Assembly (NCBI GenBank): GCA_013239625.1
Contig: MU056050.1
Span: 2,714,084-2,778,083, forward strand
Direction: 5' to 3'
Origin: Lama guanicoe
Taxonomy: Eukaryota
Length of the DNA: 64,000 nt
Shown: in pieces, positions 36,808 to 49,469 of the stretch
How the letters are laid out: each line of letters begins with the position of its first letter
Numbering within the stretch: position 1 is the first letter of the stretch
The notes under the pieces: model-generated
The model's input: only the letters and a program-made list of their open reading frames with translations
Told to the model about the DNA's origin: nothing
The model's database searches: none
Made by a program: the position numbers and the translations under genes

Positions 36808-37649
36808 TGTTAAAAATTATTCTGATGCTTGTTAAAATGGTAAAGAAAAACTTTCTTCAAGACTATTGCAATAGGGGAGACTGAACCCCCAACTCTTAAT
36901 ATAACAAGGACAAGTGAGGATTTATAGCCAATGAGCATGGTGAGGAGTAAGTGGATGTAAAATTACTAAGAGGAACTTGATTAGATGTTATGACCTGAAT
37001 GTTTGTGTTCCCCCACCCCCATTCATATGTTGAAGCCCTAACCCCCAATGTGATGGTATCTGGAGGTGGGGCCTTTGGGACGTGATTAGGTTTAGATGAG
37101 GTCTTGAAGGTGAAGCCTTCATGATGGGATTAGTGTCCCTATAAGAAGAGGAAGAGAGACCAGTACTCCCCATCCCCATGCCTTTCCCCTTCTCTCTCTC
37201 CCTCTCCCATGTGAAGACACAGTGAGAAGGAAGCTGCCTGCAAGCCAGGAAGAGGGTTCTCACCAGGAACTGAATCTGCCAGCTTCTTGATCTTGGACTT
37301 TCCAGCCTCCAAAACTGTAAGAAATAAATGTTGTTTAAACTATCTAGTCTATAGTAATTTGTTGCAGCAGCCCTAGCTGACTAAGACTGAGGGAATTCTT
37401 GCTAAACTGCTTTAAGAGGATCATTGCTAAAGGAAGGCCAAAGACTTAGAAACCAAAGGTGAGAGATGAGGAACTTGATTAGATATCAAGGGTGATCAGA
37501 TATCTTAGGTGGGGGGATTTTCCACTAAATTGACTTAGCAGGATTCTTTGCCAAAGACTGGCCAAGGACCAGGCCAAAGAGGAGGCCTAGTTGACACGAG
37601 GGCTTAGGGGAGCCTGACCACATTTTGGTCAAGGAGGGAGTCTCTCTCA
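36808..37649 (-). mobile_element. MER31/MER67-like ERV1 solo LTR interrupted by a MaLR LTR
   Basis: The reverse strand begins tgagagagactccctccttgaccaaaatgtggtcaggctcccctaagccctc. Confidence 0.7.
36987..37388 (+). mobile_element. MLT1A/MST-like solo LTR
   Basis: tgttatgacctgaatgtttgtgttcccc...cttgatcttggactttccagcctcc...ccctagctgactaagac. Confidence 0.85.
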
Positions 37650-37774
37650 GGCCAACTCTGCTGGGGCATAGTTTTGCTGATTATGTCTGGCATTTGCCAC
37701 ACTGCTGGGACCTCCAATTGCCTAGGCAAACTATTCATGGTCAGGCACACCTGGTGGGATACCAACGATGATGC

Positions 37775-37950
37775 CAGCGGTTGCTGAGTGGAGGCATCTA
37801 TTAGAATCACCTGGGGAGCAGCTTTAAAAATTCTTATGCCCAGGCTCAATCCCGTACCTACTAAATCTGGCTTGATGAAGGGATGAGGCATCTGTATGTT
37901 TAACAAGCCTTCCTAATGACTCTCATCGTCAGCCAGGTTGGGGACCCACA
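37775..37950. mobile_element. MER5-like hAT MITE
   Basis: ttagaatcacctggggagc...ttaaaaatt...gcatctgtatgtttaacaagc...gccaggttggggacccac. Confidence 0.65.
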
Positions 37951-38016
37951 GGTTTACACTATGGATTGGCCAAGAGGGTGATAAAGGGAATGGGAATTCA
38001 TTGGTGGGGAGGGGAG

Positions 38017-38135
38017 NNNNNNNNNNNNNNNNNNNNNNNNNNNNNNNNNNNNNNNNNNNNNNNNNNNNNNNNNNNNNNNNNNNNNNNNNNNNNNNNNNNN
38101 NNNNNNNNNNNNNNNNNNNNNNNNNNNNNNNNNNN
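38017..38135. other. Assembly gap (119 N)
   Basis: N run flanked by a G-rich tract and a poly-T tract. Confidence 1.
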
Positions 38136-39954
38136 GGCTTTTTTTTTTTTTTAAACCCCTTCAGGGCCTCAGCTCCCCCTCAGACACCTGGAACCCTCAT
38201 CTTCTGAAAGAGGCTGATTAAGCACTGCTCACTAAAGTTTGTACTTTTGATGAGGCAGATTGGCATTTTTTAAAGGGATAAATCCAGAAGTTAAAGAATT
38301 GGATGCCCCAAGGTCGGAAATTCAGACATCTGAGAGGGGGCAGCAAGGGTGGGTGTGGGTGTGTCCGGGGGGGTGGTGGGGAGGTTCTCTAGTGTCCCTA
38401 CAACTTCCACAGACATAGCTGCTTTCTTTGCCTGTCCTAAAGTTGGCTCAGATACTTTATCTATGCCCCAGATTCCTAGGACTTTCTGGGAGATATCAGG
38501 CAGAGTTCAATCTTTTTCCTGAAAGGACAGAAAAATGAAAGGTTTAAAGTTAAACACTGACTCTCAGGTAAGATGCAACCCTTACGGAAATAGCACTATG
38601 TCAGCAGAACACGGTCTCATTGGCTCATTATCAAGCGAGGTCAGGACATTATTTCTGGCAGCTTCTGAAAGCCACAGCCTGTTAGAAAAAAAGTCTTCTT
38701 CCTGAGGGTTTAATACAGCTTGCTCTCACTCACTCTTAGGAGCACACACGCTCTCTCTTTCTTTCTTTTCTTGGGCCTCCTTTTAAAATGCTAATTAAGT
38801 TTGTTTGATCTCTGCTGCCCCCACCCCCAGCTAATTTTGGAGATCAAGAAAGGGAGCTTGATATCTATAAAAGATGTGCCTTTCTTTCCACCTGAGCTAC
38901 CTTTGTATTTCATTCTGTTTTATTACAGGAAATTGTGCTGGGGCCCTAAACACTAACACACATAACATTGATTGTATTCTGCATAACAAATTGGATTAGG
39001 ATAATTACCACACAGATGTTAAAAAACGCTGAATGCAAATCAATGCAATTACTCATGACTTAATATACTATAATTCACACATTGGAATGTCTTATTGTGA
39101 TTATACTATTTTAGAACAAAATGCTTTAACAAAAAAAGAGGAAGAAAAGAATTCTCTTACTCTGGTGCTGCACGTGCTCTGAACGAGAAATTGTTTTATG
39201 CTAATTTGGAATTTCACTACTCAGAATTCTTATTAACTAATCAGATCCTTCAATTTCTCTTGCCCCCTTTTATATAGAAAAAGCTGCTTCTTTAGCAAGA
39301 CGATTTCATGCGCAATTCAACTTGAATGCCATCATTATGAACAAAGGAATTTGCACACGGATGCTTTTGACAAACATGGCTTTAGAAAACTGAGCCTTGG
39401 GTGGTGGGGGGCAGGGCCCCCCCCACTGATAGTCGGGACCCTGAAACAAAGCAGACAGAAAGTAAGCAATTGGAATGAATCCAAGTCAGCCAGCAAATAG
39501 GCAGACCTGTCACAAGGGCAGTAGGCTGAGTTGCCAAAAAGGGTTGTGCAGCCTGTGCCTAGCTGAGGGGGCCCAGGAGGGCTGAGCTCCAGCCTGGGAC
39601 CCATGTGCCAAACTGCACACCCAGGTGACCCGAGGAAAGGATTCCTTTTTCTAACTCACACAAAGGTGCCTTATGGGTACAAGGCAGGAGTTTGGTCAAA
39701 GAGAGTAAAAAAAAATACAATTCTCATTGCCAGAAACTACAGCAGCTGGGACCTCTGGAGTTTGAACTGTGAAGTTGAATCTAATTCCTAAATCCGCCCC
39801 CCACCTCCTCCCGCCACTTCCCCACTCCCCAGTCCCTTGTTTAGAATTTCCTGAGATCTAAGTTTTACATTCTGGAGTGCTTGTTCTCTGTAATTGCTAT
39901 GGGATTCATGTCAAAGCTTTGCTTACCCAACTGAGTTGGGGGACACTTGAGTGT

Positions 39955-40480
39955 GTGTGGCAGGAATCATTTTCCCTCTACTCTTCTAGGTTCTTGGCTG
40001 AGACACCCCACTCCCCGTAATAAAAACAGATTAACAGAACAAGTTTAAATAGTATGTGTACCTCCTGTATACAGGGAAAGACCCAGCAAAACCAAGTAAC
40101 TAACTCCTTGAAATGGCCCAAGCCACCGCCTAAAATATTATCTCAACCTAAAGACAAAAGATGTTGAGGGGAGGGGTCAGTTATGGGAGAATATCAGGAA
40201 AAGCGCAGTAAATGAGGGTATGGTTGTTATGCAGATTTAAGTCGCTGCCTTCTCCATTGATAAGAGTTTCTAAAGATTGTCATCCTTCTCTTCCTGGTAC
40301 AGAGAGGGAGACACCCTTACAAATGGAGATTTCCCTTATAAATGTAAATGTCTCTTATAAAAGGGTAACTTCTGCCCAGTTTTTAGAGCTTTCTCAGTGT
40401 CTGCTGTTTAATGATCAGTCTAAAATAATACTTGTGCCAAAAAGGTATATTTTAGGGTGGTAAATTGTACTCCCCTCCAA
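39955..40480 (-). mobile_element. MER34/MER39-like ERV1 solo LTR
   Basis: The reverse strand starts tggaggggagtacaatttaccaccctaaaatatacc...ggcacaagtattattttagactg, which resembles the start of the proviral LTRs. Confidence 0.7.
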
Positions 40481-40525
40481 GGGCTTAGCCTGTGGCATCA
40501 TCATCCTGTCTGGAGTCTCACCACC

Positions 40526-40706
40526 TAGAGTTGACAGATTTAGCAAATAAAAATACAGGCTGGCCAGTTAATTTGAATTCCAGATATACAACAAATGCTT
40601 TTATAAACACATAATAAGAATATACCATGCAATATTTTCGACATGCACTGAAATTAGTGTTCATCTGATATTCGATTTTGGTGTTCTGTGCTTTATCGGC
40701 AACCTC
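40526..40706. mobile_element. MER53-like hAT MITE
   Basis: tagagttgacagatttagcaaataaaaatacagg...ggcaacctc with decayed palindromic structure. Confidence 0.75.
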
Positions 40707-40741
40707 ACCCCAGCACAGAGCTTGTGGATTAAAATAAATCT

Positions 40742-40928
40742 AGGCTGGTGGCTATCACATTTGAGTGTGCACCAGAATAACCTGGAGTTGATTAAGACAC
40801 AGTCCCCACCCGCAGAGTTTCTGATTCAGCAAGTCTGGGGCGGTGCGTCCAAATTTGCATTTCTAACAAGTTCCCAAGTGATTGGGTGCTGCTGGTCTGG
40901 GTACCACACTTTAAGAACCACTGCTCTA
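40742..40928. mobile_element. MER5A-like MITE
   Basis: cagagtttctgattcagcaagtctggg...atttgcatttctaacaagttccca...cacactttaagaaccactg. Confidence 0.85.
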
Positions 40929-41957
40929 ATACAACCTCCATAAATAGATCCAACGAGGATGAAGCTCCTGTTGCCAAGTTGAAAATAAGCAGCAAAAAGC
41001 TTTACAGGCCTCTTGCAGCAGGGTCTGCGGGCTCCCTGGCAGCACTCCTTCAAGGAGCATGTAGTCACCTGTGCTGCTCTCAGCTACCTCCCTGCATATT
41101 CCCTCTTGACTGCGTTAGGTTGACGATAGGCAAAATCGTGGTTTGGATTTGTTGCTCCCAGTCTTGTTTGTATCTACGTCAGTTTTAAGTCTTCTACCTC
41201 TGTCCCTTCCTCTAGCTGCCAGTGTCTTTTCATTCCCTAACCCGGGGATGGCAAACCTACATGTTGTGGCTCCTGGTGAAGAGGGACTCTACTTACTTAC
41301 TTCCTAAGCAGGGAAGCTTCCATTCGAAGGTTACTGGCAGTTTTTAGTGAAGTCATTGATTCCCTTTGAGGCTTTCTTCCTTTCTCCTGGGCAAGTCACC
41401 AGAGTAGCCCTTTAATTAGAAAAATACAGATGACTACATGCCCATTGTCATAGGATACCAATAGTTGTTACGAGGGAATGGGGGAAATTTGTATAAGGAG
41501 TATCATTGTCAGGACTTCTATTTGAGATCGAGATCCTGAATTTGACTGAGATCCTGATCCATTCTCTTTGAGGCCCAAAGTTATTGTAAAATAACTGAGA
41601 TGGACTAGGGTGGCCCTAGCCCATTCCAGGGGTCGAGAAATGGCAACAAAGCTCCTGATATAAAAAGCACTATGAAGGTAGAAAGAGACAGGACCAGATG
41701 GCTGGCCTCTGCACTAGAGGTCGTGTGGTGCAAGGCGGATTAGGAGACATTTCCGCCAAGTCTTTGAAACCGCTGATACCAAAATCTGTCTCAACATAGC
41801 CCCTTCTAGCGGGTAAGTTTGAGCCACAAGCAAAGATCCACGTGTATGAAAGAGCTGGAAGAGCCGCGACCTGCTTTATCTAGAAACATTTGTCTGGGGC
41901 AACCATGTCTCATTGTCCTTATGGGACATAACCAGCCCAGCAGTCAAGGTTGTATTC

Positions 41958-42302
41958 AGTCATCCCTCAGTACCTGTGGGGGTTTGGTTCCAGGACCCCC
42001 CAAAGGTACTAAGATCTCAGATGCTCAAGTCCCTTATATAAAATGGCATAATATTTGCATATAACCTACGCATACCTTCCCCTATACTTTAAATCATCCC
42101 TAGATTACTTATAATACCTAATACAATGTAAATGCCATGTAAATGGTTGTAAATACAATGTAAATACTATGTAAATTGTTGCCAGCATGTGGCAACTTCA
42201 AGTTTTGCCTTTTGGAACGTTCTGGATTTTTTTTCAAATATTTTCAATACGTGGTTGGTTGAATCTGCAGATGTGGAACTTGCTGATACAGTAGGCCAAC
42301 TG
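41958..42302. mobile_element. MER2-like Tigger MITE
   Basis: cagtcatccctcagta...ggttccaggacccc...gatgctcaagtcccttatataaaatggc...ggccaactg followed by TA. Confidence 0.85.
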
Positions 42303-44393
42303 TAGTGTCTCAGGAAGTGTATCTGATACCCTGTGTTCTAAGAGACCCCAAAAGAAAGGCTGAATTTCCTGTCAATATGGGCATATAAAAACTTAGTCAT
42401 AGTAATTTGAACATTAAAAGAAATGTTAAAATTTGTATCTTGATTTGGTGAAGTGGCATGTATATATGTATGTTGTTGCCTCTCCCTTTTGCTCTCATGG
42501 TAGACACTGTTATTTGATGACAGCCCTCTTTCCCATTGTGCCTGAGCATGCCCTTTGTATCCATCTAAGTTAGGGCATTCTTGGTTGCAAGTGACAGAAA
42601 ACTTAAATCCTTATTTAGCGCTTGCTATATGGCAGACAGGGTTCTAAAGGCTTTATAAATTTTCAAATTTACAGACTCTTAAATGAACTATAGGAGGTAG
42701 ATTTATTACCCCAATTTTAAAGATTAAACAAAAAGGGGATTTTTAAAGTATGGATTCAGGTATGTCTCACAAAACCCAAGTGAATGTAAGTGAACTTTAG
42801 AGATGAACCAGGACCATGGAATAAATTTTATCTGGATTCTCTCTCTGCCACTTGATTTTGTACCTCTTTGTACTATGTTTCATTCTTCTCTCTTACATTA
42901 GATCAGCCTTCTCTTTCTAGTCCTTATGGAGGAAAATATGGTAGCTAATAACACCCAAGTTTTACATGTCATGGATCTTACTATCCAGACAGAGGAACTG
43001 ATCTCTCTCTTAATTCACAAGTCCCCTTGGAAGGAATTTATTAGCTCAGTTTGGGATGGGTGTCCAACCCTGGATTCAGTCTCCTGGGGATAAACTTTTG
43101 CTTACCAAATGTAACTCACAAAAGAGGGATTTACAAAACCATGCACAGAGGGTTGTGAGTCATATTGTAGAAACAGGTAGTTCCTACTGATACCACATGG
43201 GTAGAGTGAGGGAAGGGAAAAGTCCTTGAAATGAAGTATTGGGAAGACAACAGCTGTCCACAAAACCTTAACTCAGTATTCCACCTGCCTTCTACCAAGT
43301 GATCAGAACTGGTACATGGTCATGTCTGCTCTGACCTCCTCCCTCTAGTACAGGTACTGGATGTGACAGCCTCACTTACACTCATTGCATTGGTCCAAAG
43401 GGAGGATCCTCATGTCTGTTCCAAGCTGTCCCCTGTTCTCTGCCCCTATGGCCCTTTTCTGTTCAATATTGCTTGATCTCACCATGCAGGTGAACTCAGT
43501 CAACTGAATGCACTTTCAACGAGCTTTTCCTAGACATGGTGACAAAGCTGTTATGGATATGGAAGTTACCCAACATAGGGATATGGCAATTAGAGGAGTG
43601 AGGCAGGGTGGAGGTGTCATTAAGAACGTTTGCCTTTTGGCAATTTAGGCAGGACCTCATAGGGTACTAGTTAGGCCCAGAAATGGAATTTTGTCATAGA
43701 TATTTAGAGGTCAGTAATCTCCTGGGGATGGACTCATGCTAACCAAATCTAAATCACAAGTGACAGAGATCCAAAGCCAGAATTCCAACTTATTCCTTTT
43801 CCAGGGTACAGATAACTGTTCATCAGACTGGAGTTGGCTGTCAGGCCAGACTTGAAAGGCCAGACTTGAAACTTAATGATAGTAGAAGGTTGTTTGGGGA
43901 GCAAGGAATGAGAACTAGGGGAATTCCTTGGATTATCTCAATGGCATCTGCCATGCGCCAGTGATCATCCCACCCTGGGGATAGATCAGAGAGCAAAGAC
44001 CATATACTCATGTTTGTTTATGAGAATGAGCTTTCCTGGACCAGTTGAGCAACTATTGAGTTTCTTGTTCTGTGACTCACCACCTTCTAGAGCACCACAC
44101 TAACCTCTTCCTTGGTTAACACATCTATCTTCAGCTTCAGTCAAATTATCGTGCAATGGTTACCTCAAACCAGTGTTCTGAGAAAGGAACATTGTTCTGC
44201 AGGATAGCTGATGGTTGCAGCTAAAACATTTTTCATGGTCAACACGAGTTAAACTTAAATAGGTTTCTTTTCCATAGGACTTCTCAGAGACTTTAGTGAA
44301 CCACTGTGCACTGTGAAGTTCCAAAAGAAGGCTGGAGGCCACAAATTGATTTGACCACTTAGTCGTATTTTTCAAAAGAAGTCATGACAGAAA

Positions 44394-44878
44394 GTATACT
44401 GGCTTCCTACTATTGCTGTAACAAATCAGCATTAACTTGGGGACTTGAAACAACACAAATCTATTATCTTACAGTGCTGTAGTTTAGAAGTCCTAAAATC
44501 AAGGTGTAAGCAGGGCTGTGTTCCTTCTGGAGGCTCAAGGGGAGAATCTGTTTCTTTGCTTTTTCCAGGTTCTGGAGGCTACCCACATTCCTGCTCCATC
44601 TTCAAAGCCAGCAGCACAGTATCTTCAAATCCCTCTCCCTCTTCTTCTCCCCTCTACTCTGTCATCACAACTTCTGACTCTAATAATCCTGACTCACTCT
44701 TATAAGGACTCTTGTGATTACATTGGACTCACCCAGATAATACACGGTAATTGTCTCAAGATATTTAACTTACACTTGCAAAGTCCTTTTTGCCACATAA
44801 CCTAATGTGTTCATAGGTTTTGGGGATTAAGATGTGGATATCTTTTTTGGGGGGTGGGTCATTATTTTACCTACCACA
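44394..44878 (-). mobile_element. MLT1C/D-like solo LTR
   Basis: attgctgtaacaaatc...aaacaacacaaatctattatcttacag...ttccttctggaggctc...attattttacctaccaca. Confidence 0.8.
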
Positions 44879-45967
44879 GGGAACAATGGGAAATACCAGA
44901 CTATGGTATTAAACATGCTAATACAATCACACTCTTTGGAGACTATGCTAAGGTCAAATTTCAGTGGATGTGGGGAGTCCTGACATTTGTCATCTAACTG
45001 TTTAGCAGTTAGAATGGGCTCCTATAGATCTCACAGAATTCTCAGAGGATACTTATTACCCACAAGACCTAATACTCTCTTCTCTTGGGGCAGTGGCAAA
45101 AGCTCCTGGATGGAAAAAGAGGAAGGGCTTGTGCACTGAAGAAGGGGACTTTCCCTAAGACTCCTTCACAGAAACATACCATTCTCAGAGACCAAAGTTG
45201 TGCAGAAGAATTCCATGGCAATGGGTTAAAGTTACTTGTTTAATCGAAAGTAGAGATAACCTATCATTTGAAATGGAAATTAGGGCTCCAGAATGTCTTA
45301 AATGAGAGTGTTACCACACTGGGAAACCCCCTGTCGATTTGTGAGTAAGAAAGTAAGGCTGCAAGCAGGTGACCTTTTCATGTCACTCAACATATTTGTG
45401 ATAGGTGCTGCTCTGTGTCTGAAGAAATTGACACCCAAAGTTCTTTACTTTGCTGCAGAGAAAATTTGATCTCTTTTTTCCTTCCTTTAAGGATATTTTA
45501 ATGCATTTCATGCTGATGGTAATAACTCTTGACTTTGATCTAGTTTCTGTTGGGTATGGGGTCCCCAAAAATGATGAGGTCACCAGAAACCAAACTGAAG
45601 ATGGAGTTACTGATATTCCGTTAAACACTACTTTGACTAAGTATAGTCATTTCAGTTTAAGCACCTGATTGTGACAGATTCCACTGCAGAGGATGGGTAA
45701 CTTAGATTGTTGAGAAATAATTTCAGATGAGGCTTTGGGTCTGCTTGGGAAAATACATACCACAGGCATCTCTTCCTCACCAAATCTAAATAGCCTTTTT
45801 TTTCACTCCCATGTTTTTCTTGTTCCCACTGACTAACTTATCAGATTTAAAAAATATATTTTGGCTTCAGTGACCAAGCCCTATACTAGTTTTCCTTCTA
45901 TCCCTTTGACCACACCTCTTTTACTTCCTGGTTCTCTTTTCTTCACATCCATGGCAGAGGCATCGAT

Positions 45968-46697
45968 ATGTGTTTCTAAGTGGGATGCTTTCAGCTGCAA
46001 GTAACAAAGAACTCAGTTCAAGGTGACTTAAACAATAAGGACAAGTGTTTCTTATAATAAGAAATCTAAAGGTAGAGAGGTCCCAGAATTGGTCAATTCA
46101 GTAGCTCAAGGACCTCCTTAAGAACTCAGGTATCTTCCATCTTTTCATTTGCTTTAGCATATCCCTTTCAGAATTGCAAGATGGTTGTAGCAGTTCCACA
46201 CATCACATGTAGAAATGATGATGTTCATCTGAAAAAAAAAAAGGTGTTTCCTGCAGTGCATTCAATTTTACAAGTAAGAAAAACATGTCTTCCATGGCCC
46301 CACCCAACTTCCCTTCAGGACCCATCAGCTAGGATTACCTAAATCAATTACTGACAAAGGGAATGAAATGACCATGCTCAGGCTGCACAGGAGAATCATC
46401 TTGGAGGGCTTTTTAAAAGCCCATGCCCAGGCATATCTTAGAGCAATTAAATCAGGATCTCTGATTGTAGGATCCAGGCATCAATGTTTTAAAATTTCCC
46501 CAGGTGACTCCCCTGTGCAACAAAGGTTGAGAACCACTGGCCTAGAACACTCCCTCTAATTTTTCCCTCTGGAGCAGAGGAGTGCCCAGCCTCCTTTAAG
46601 AACATGAGTATCTTCTATAGGACAAAACTGGGATTCTGTGAGCAAAGATGAATGAGGAATAGCTTTGTGGTAGGCAAATCACAATGTCTGCCACAGT
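45968..46697 (-). mobile_element. Ancient MLT1(J/K)-type LTR with a nested MER5-like MITE (~46370-46545)
   Basis: gctttcagctgcaagtaacaaagaac...gacttaaacaataagg...aatgtctgccaca. The insert ends aggttgagaaccactgg. Confidence 0.65.
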
Positions 46698-47428
46698 AAC
46701 TAATCAACATTCATGACTTCAACTAGCACTTATATGTGGAGACTGACACTTCTGGCTTTGACCTCATCTGAGCTCCTGACCTATTTCTTCAACTGTCTCC
46801 TGGCATTTCTACTTGGATTTTTTTTTTTTGTCCACACTCCAATCTCAACTTGTTCCAAACTAAGCATTCCAGCCTGCTCTGCCTCCTGATGAAATTATTT
46901 CCATCATGTGGTACCAGTATTCTCAGGGTATATCAGGCTCAAATTCTTGGAATCTATTCTTATCTATCCTTTACCCCTATTTTTAAAGTCACCTCACCCT
47001 GTTTGTTTTCCCTGAAACATTTAAATTATATTCCACCATATCACCTTCTATCCTGGTTCAGGCTGCCCTGTAGCACTGCATACTTGCATTCTGTAACAGC
47101 TACCTCGCTGGTTTCCTGATTCCAGTCTTTCACTTTCGGGTCATTCTGCGTACCACTGTAGACTCATATTCCTAAGATACTGCCTTCATTGTGTGCTTCT
47201 ATGCAATGCCTTTTGATGGTTACCAAATTCTTACCTGTTTTCAAGGCCCTTCAAATTTCAAGCGCTCCCCATCTCTTAAGGCCTGGTTCAAGCTCTAGTT
47301 CCTCCAGGAAGCATTCTCTGTTTACTCCAATCCTCTTGGATTCAGATAGATCTTGATTGAACTCCTGACTCTGCCACTTACTGCCTATATTTCCTGGGCA
47401 ATTTGCATAAATTGAGTTTCAGTTTTCT

Positions 47429-47599
47429 AGTTTATTTATTTGTTTTATTGTAGTTTATTTATTTTTTTAGGGGGAGGTAATTAGGTTTATTTATTTGTTT
47501 GTTTATTTATTTATTTTTAGTGGAGGTACTGGGGATTGAACCCAGGACCTTGTGCTTGCTAAGCACGTGCTCTACTGCTGAACTATATCCTTCCCTGCC
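47429..47599 (-). mobile_element. tRNA-Ala-derived SINE (vic-1-like) nested in a MIR
   Basis: ggaggtactggggattgaacccaggaccttgtgcttgctaagcacgtgctctac. Perfect 15-bp TSD gagtttcagttttct at 47414-47428 and 47600-47614. Confidence 0.92.
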
Positions 47600-49469
47600 G
47601 AGTTTCAGTTTTCTCATCTGTAAAGTGGGAATAATTAGGATTAAATGAGTTCCTTTTCTCCCTGACTCTTTTCTTACATCTTATGTTGCCTACTCTTTAC
47701 TACATAACGTTGCCTTTTATTATCTAATGCCCTGTATCTTGGCTTCATTGTTTGATTGATATATTTTCTCCCCAACTTGATAGTAAAGCTCTCTTAAGGG
47801 CAGGCACCGTACTCGCCACTTATCTCTCATGCCCTCTGAATTGTCCTATTGTACACGGAGCCAATACAGAAGGTGTTCCACACATGCTTGCCAATTTTGT
47901 AAGTATTAAGTAGCACAAACTAAAAGTACTATAGGAGCTGGGAGGAAAGAACTGTCTGCAGCTTAAGGGGATGGAACGTCCATGCAGAGCTGCTTCCTTT
48001 TTTCTACCTCCCTTCCATTCAGCAGCTTTCATGCTTCTTCCTGGCACTGAGTTTCAAGGCCAGGGTCTTATTTGGATGGAAGAATCTATATTCCAGCTTC
48101 TATTGTTTCCATCCTCGGGGCAAGCTGGAGGCCTGACTTCTGTGGCTCTGAGCTTGCATTTACTTATAGTGCATGTAAGAGAATTTCAGGTCATGAGTGG
48201 CCTGTTCATCACATCAGTAAAGGCGATGACTTTGGCTTCCAGTAGGGCAGGGTAATTGTATAGTGGTGGTGGTACAATTTTCTCATCTGAATCTCTCTTT
48301 GGCTATTGCCTCTCAGTGTTACCAAAGTTGTTGCAAGATGATACTGCGAGTGAGGATTAAGAAAAGTGTGACTTTGTTGGAGAAAAATGTGTCATATATT
48401 TTGCTCTGCGGCTTTACACTGTTTGGTTTCTTTTGTTTAGTTGTTTGGTTCGTTATCTCAAGTGTGATACTCTCCTTGCATGGAACCCGTTTGAACCTGA
48501 ATCTATAAAATTGGAAGTTGAGTTGAAAGAAGTCCTGGGCAGAGAATTAGAAGACAGGAGTCTGTATGTCCCTCTAGCCAGGTTACTCCCTTTTGTTGTG
48601 CCTCAGTTTCCTTATCTGTAAAATAAGAATAATGTCTGCATTACCTATCTTGCACCTGTGTGAAGAGAATAAGGTGATTAGCTGTGTGAGCATGCTTAGG
48701 AAAGTGAAAAGCCTTAATGAATTTAGGATGTATTATTTTAAATGGAGTTTAAACACAATCTGGCTTCAGGGGAACATTCTTCAACCACTGGGAGTTGGTA
48801 AATTTCGTTGTGTGATTAAGCATAAGATTTATATTATTGTCTAAAGGTATTTGATGGCTTCCCAACCCTTCTCCTTACAGTGTTTATGGCTCTGCATGTG
48901 TAGTGGTGCTGATGGGGCTTCTGAAACCTGTGCTCCATATGATTTTACTCTGTCTGGTCAGACATATGTGGTTTATTTGGAAATTCTCTTACATGCACTA
49001 TAAGTAAATCATCCCCCGTCCCTTTCTATTGTTCTTGCAGGTTTTAATCGTAATTAAATTAGTTTTGAAATATAATAATAACAATTCACATTCTTTGAAC
49101 ACTTACCATGTATTGTAAACTGGTCTTAGTCAATTTAATTGTACGTGTTTGTTCATTTGGAGATAACGGTAGCTGTCAAACATGTTTGAGTTTAAGATGG
49201 ATGAGGGTCTTATTTACTTTTTCACAATCTCCCTATGAGGTTATAATGAAAGTAAGTGTTGGATGAAATTTTGTCATACACATTAACATTTATTAAATGA
49301 ATATTCATTAATAGCTGTGACAAAACATTTCATGCAACCTGTTCTGTAAGCTTGATAATGTCCCAGGAATTAATGTCCCTGTCATTTAAAAGGTTTTGAC
49401 CACAACATGCTTAAGAAAGGTCACAGGAAGAAGGCACAACCACATTTCAGAAAAAGGGCTTTAAAACAT

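Noticed and set aside
37938..38207. ORFs spanning 37938-38207
   Set aside because: They are artefacts of reading through the N gap.
45450..45668. Possible exon after the pyrimidine tract ttttttccttcctttaag
   Set aside because: There is no convincing matching donor or recognisable peptide, and isolated acceptor-like sites are common.
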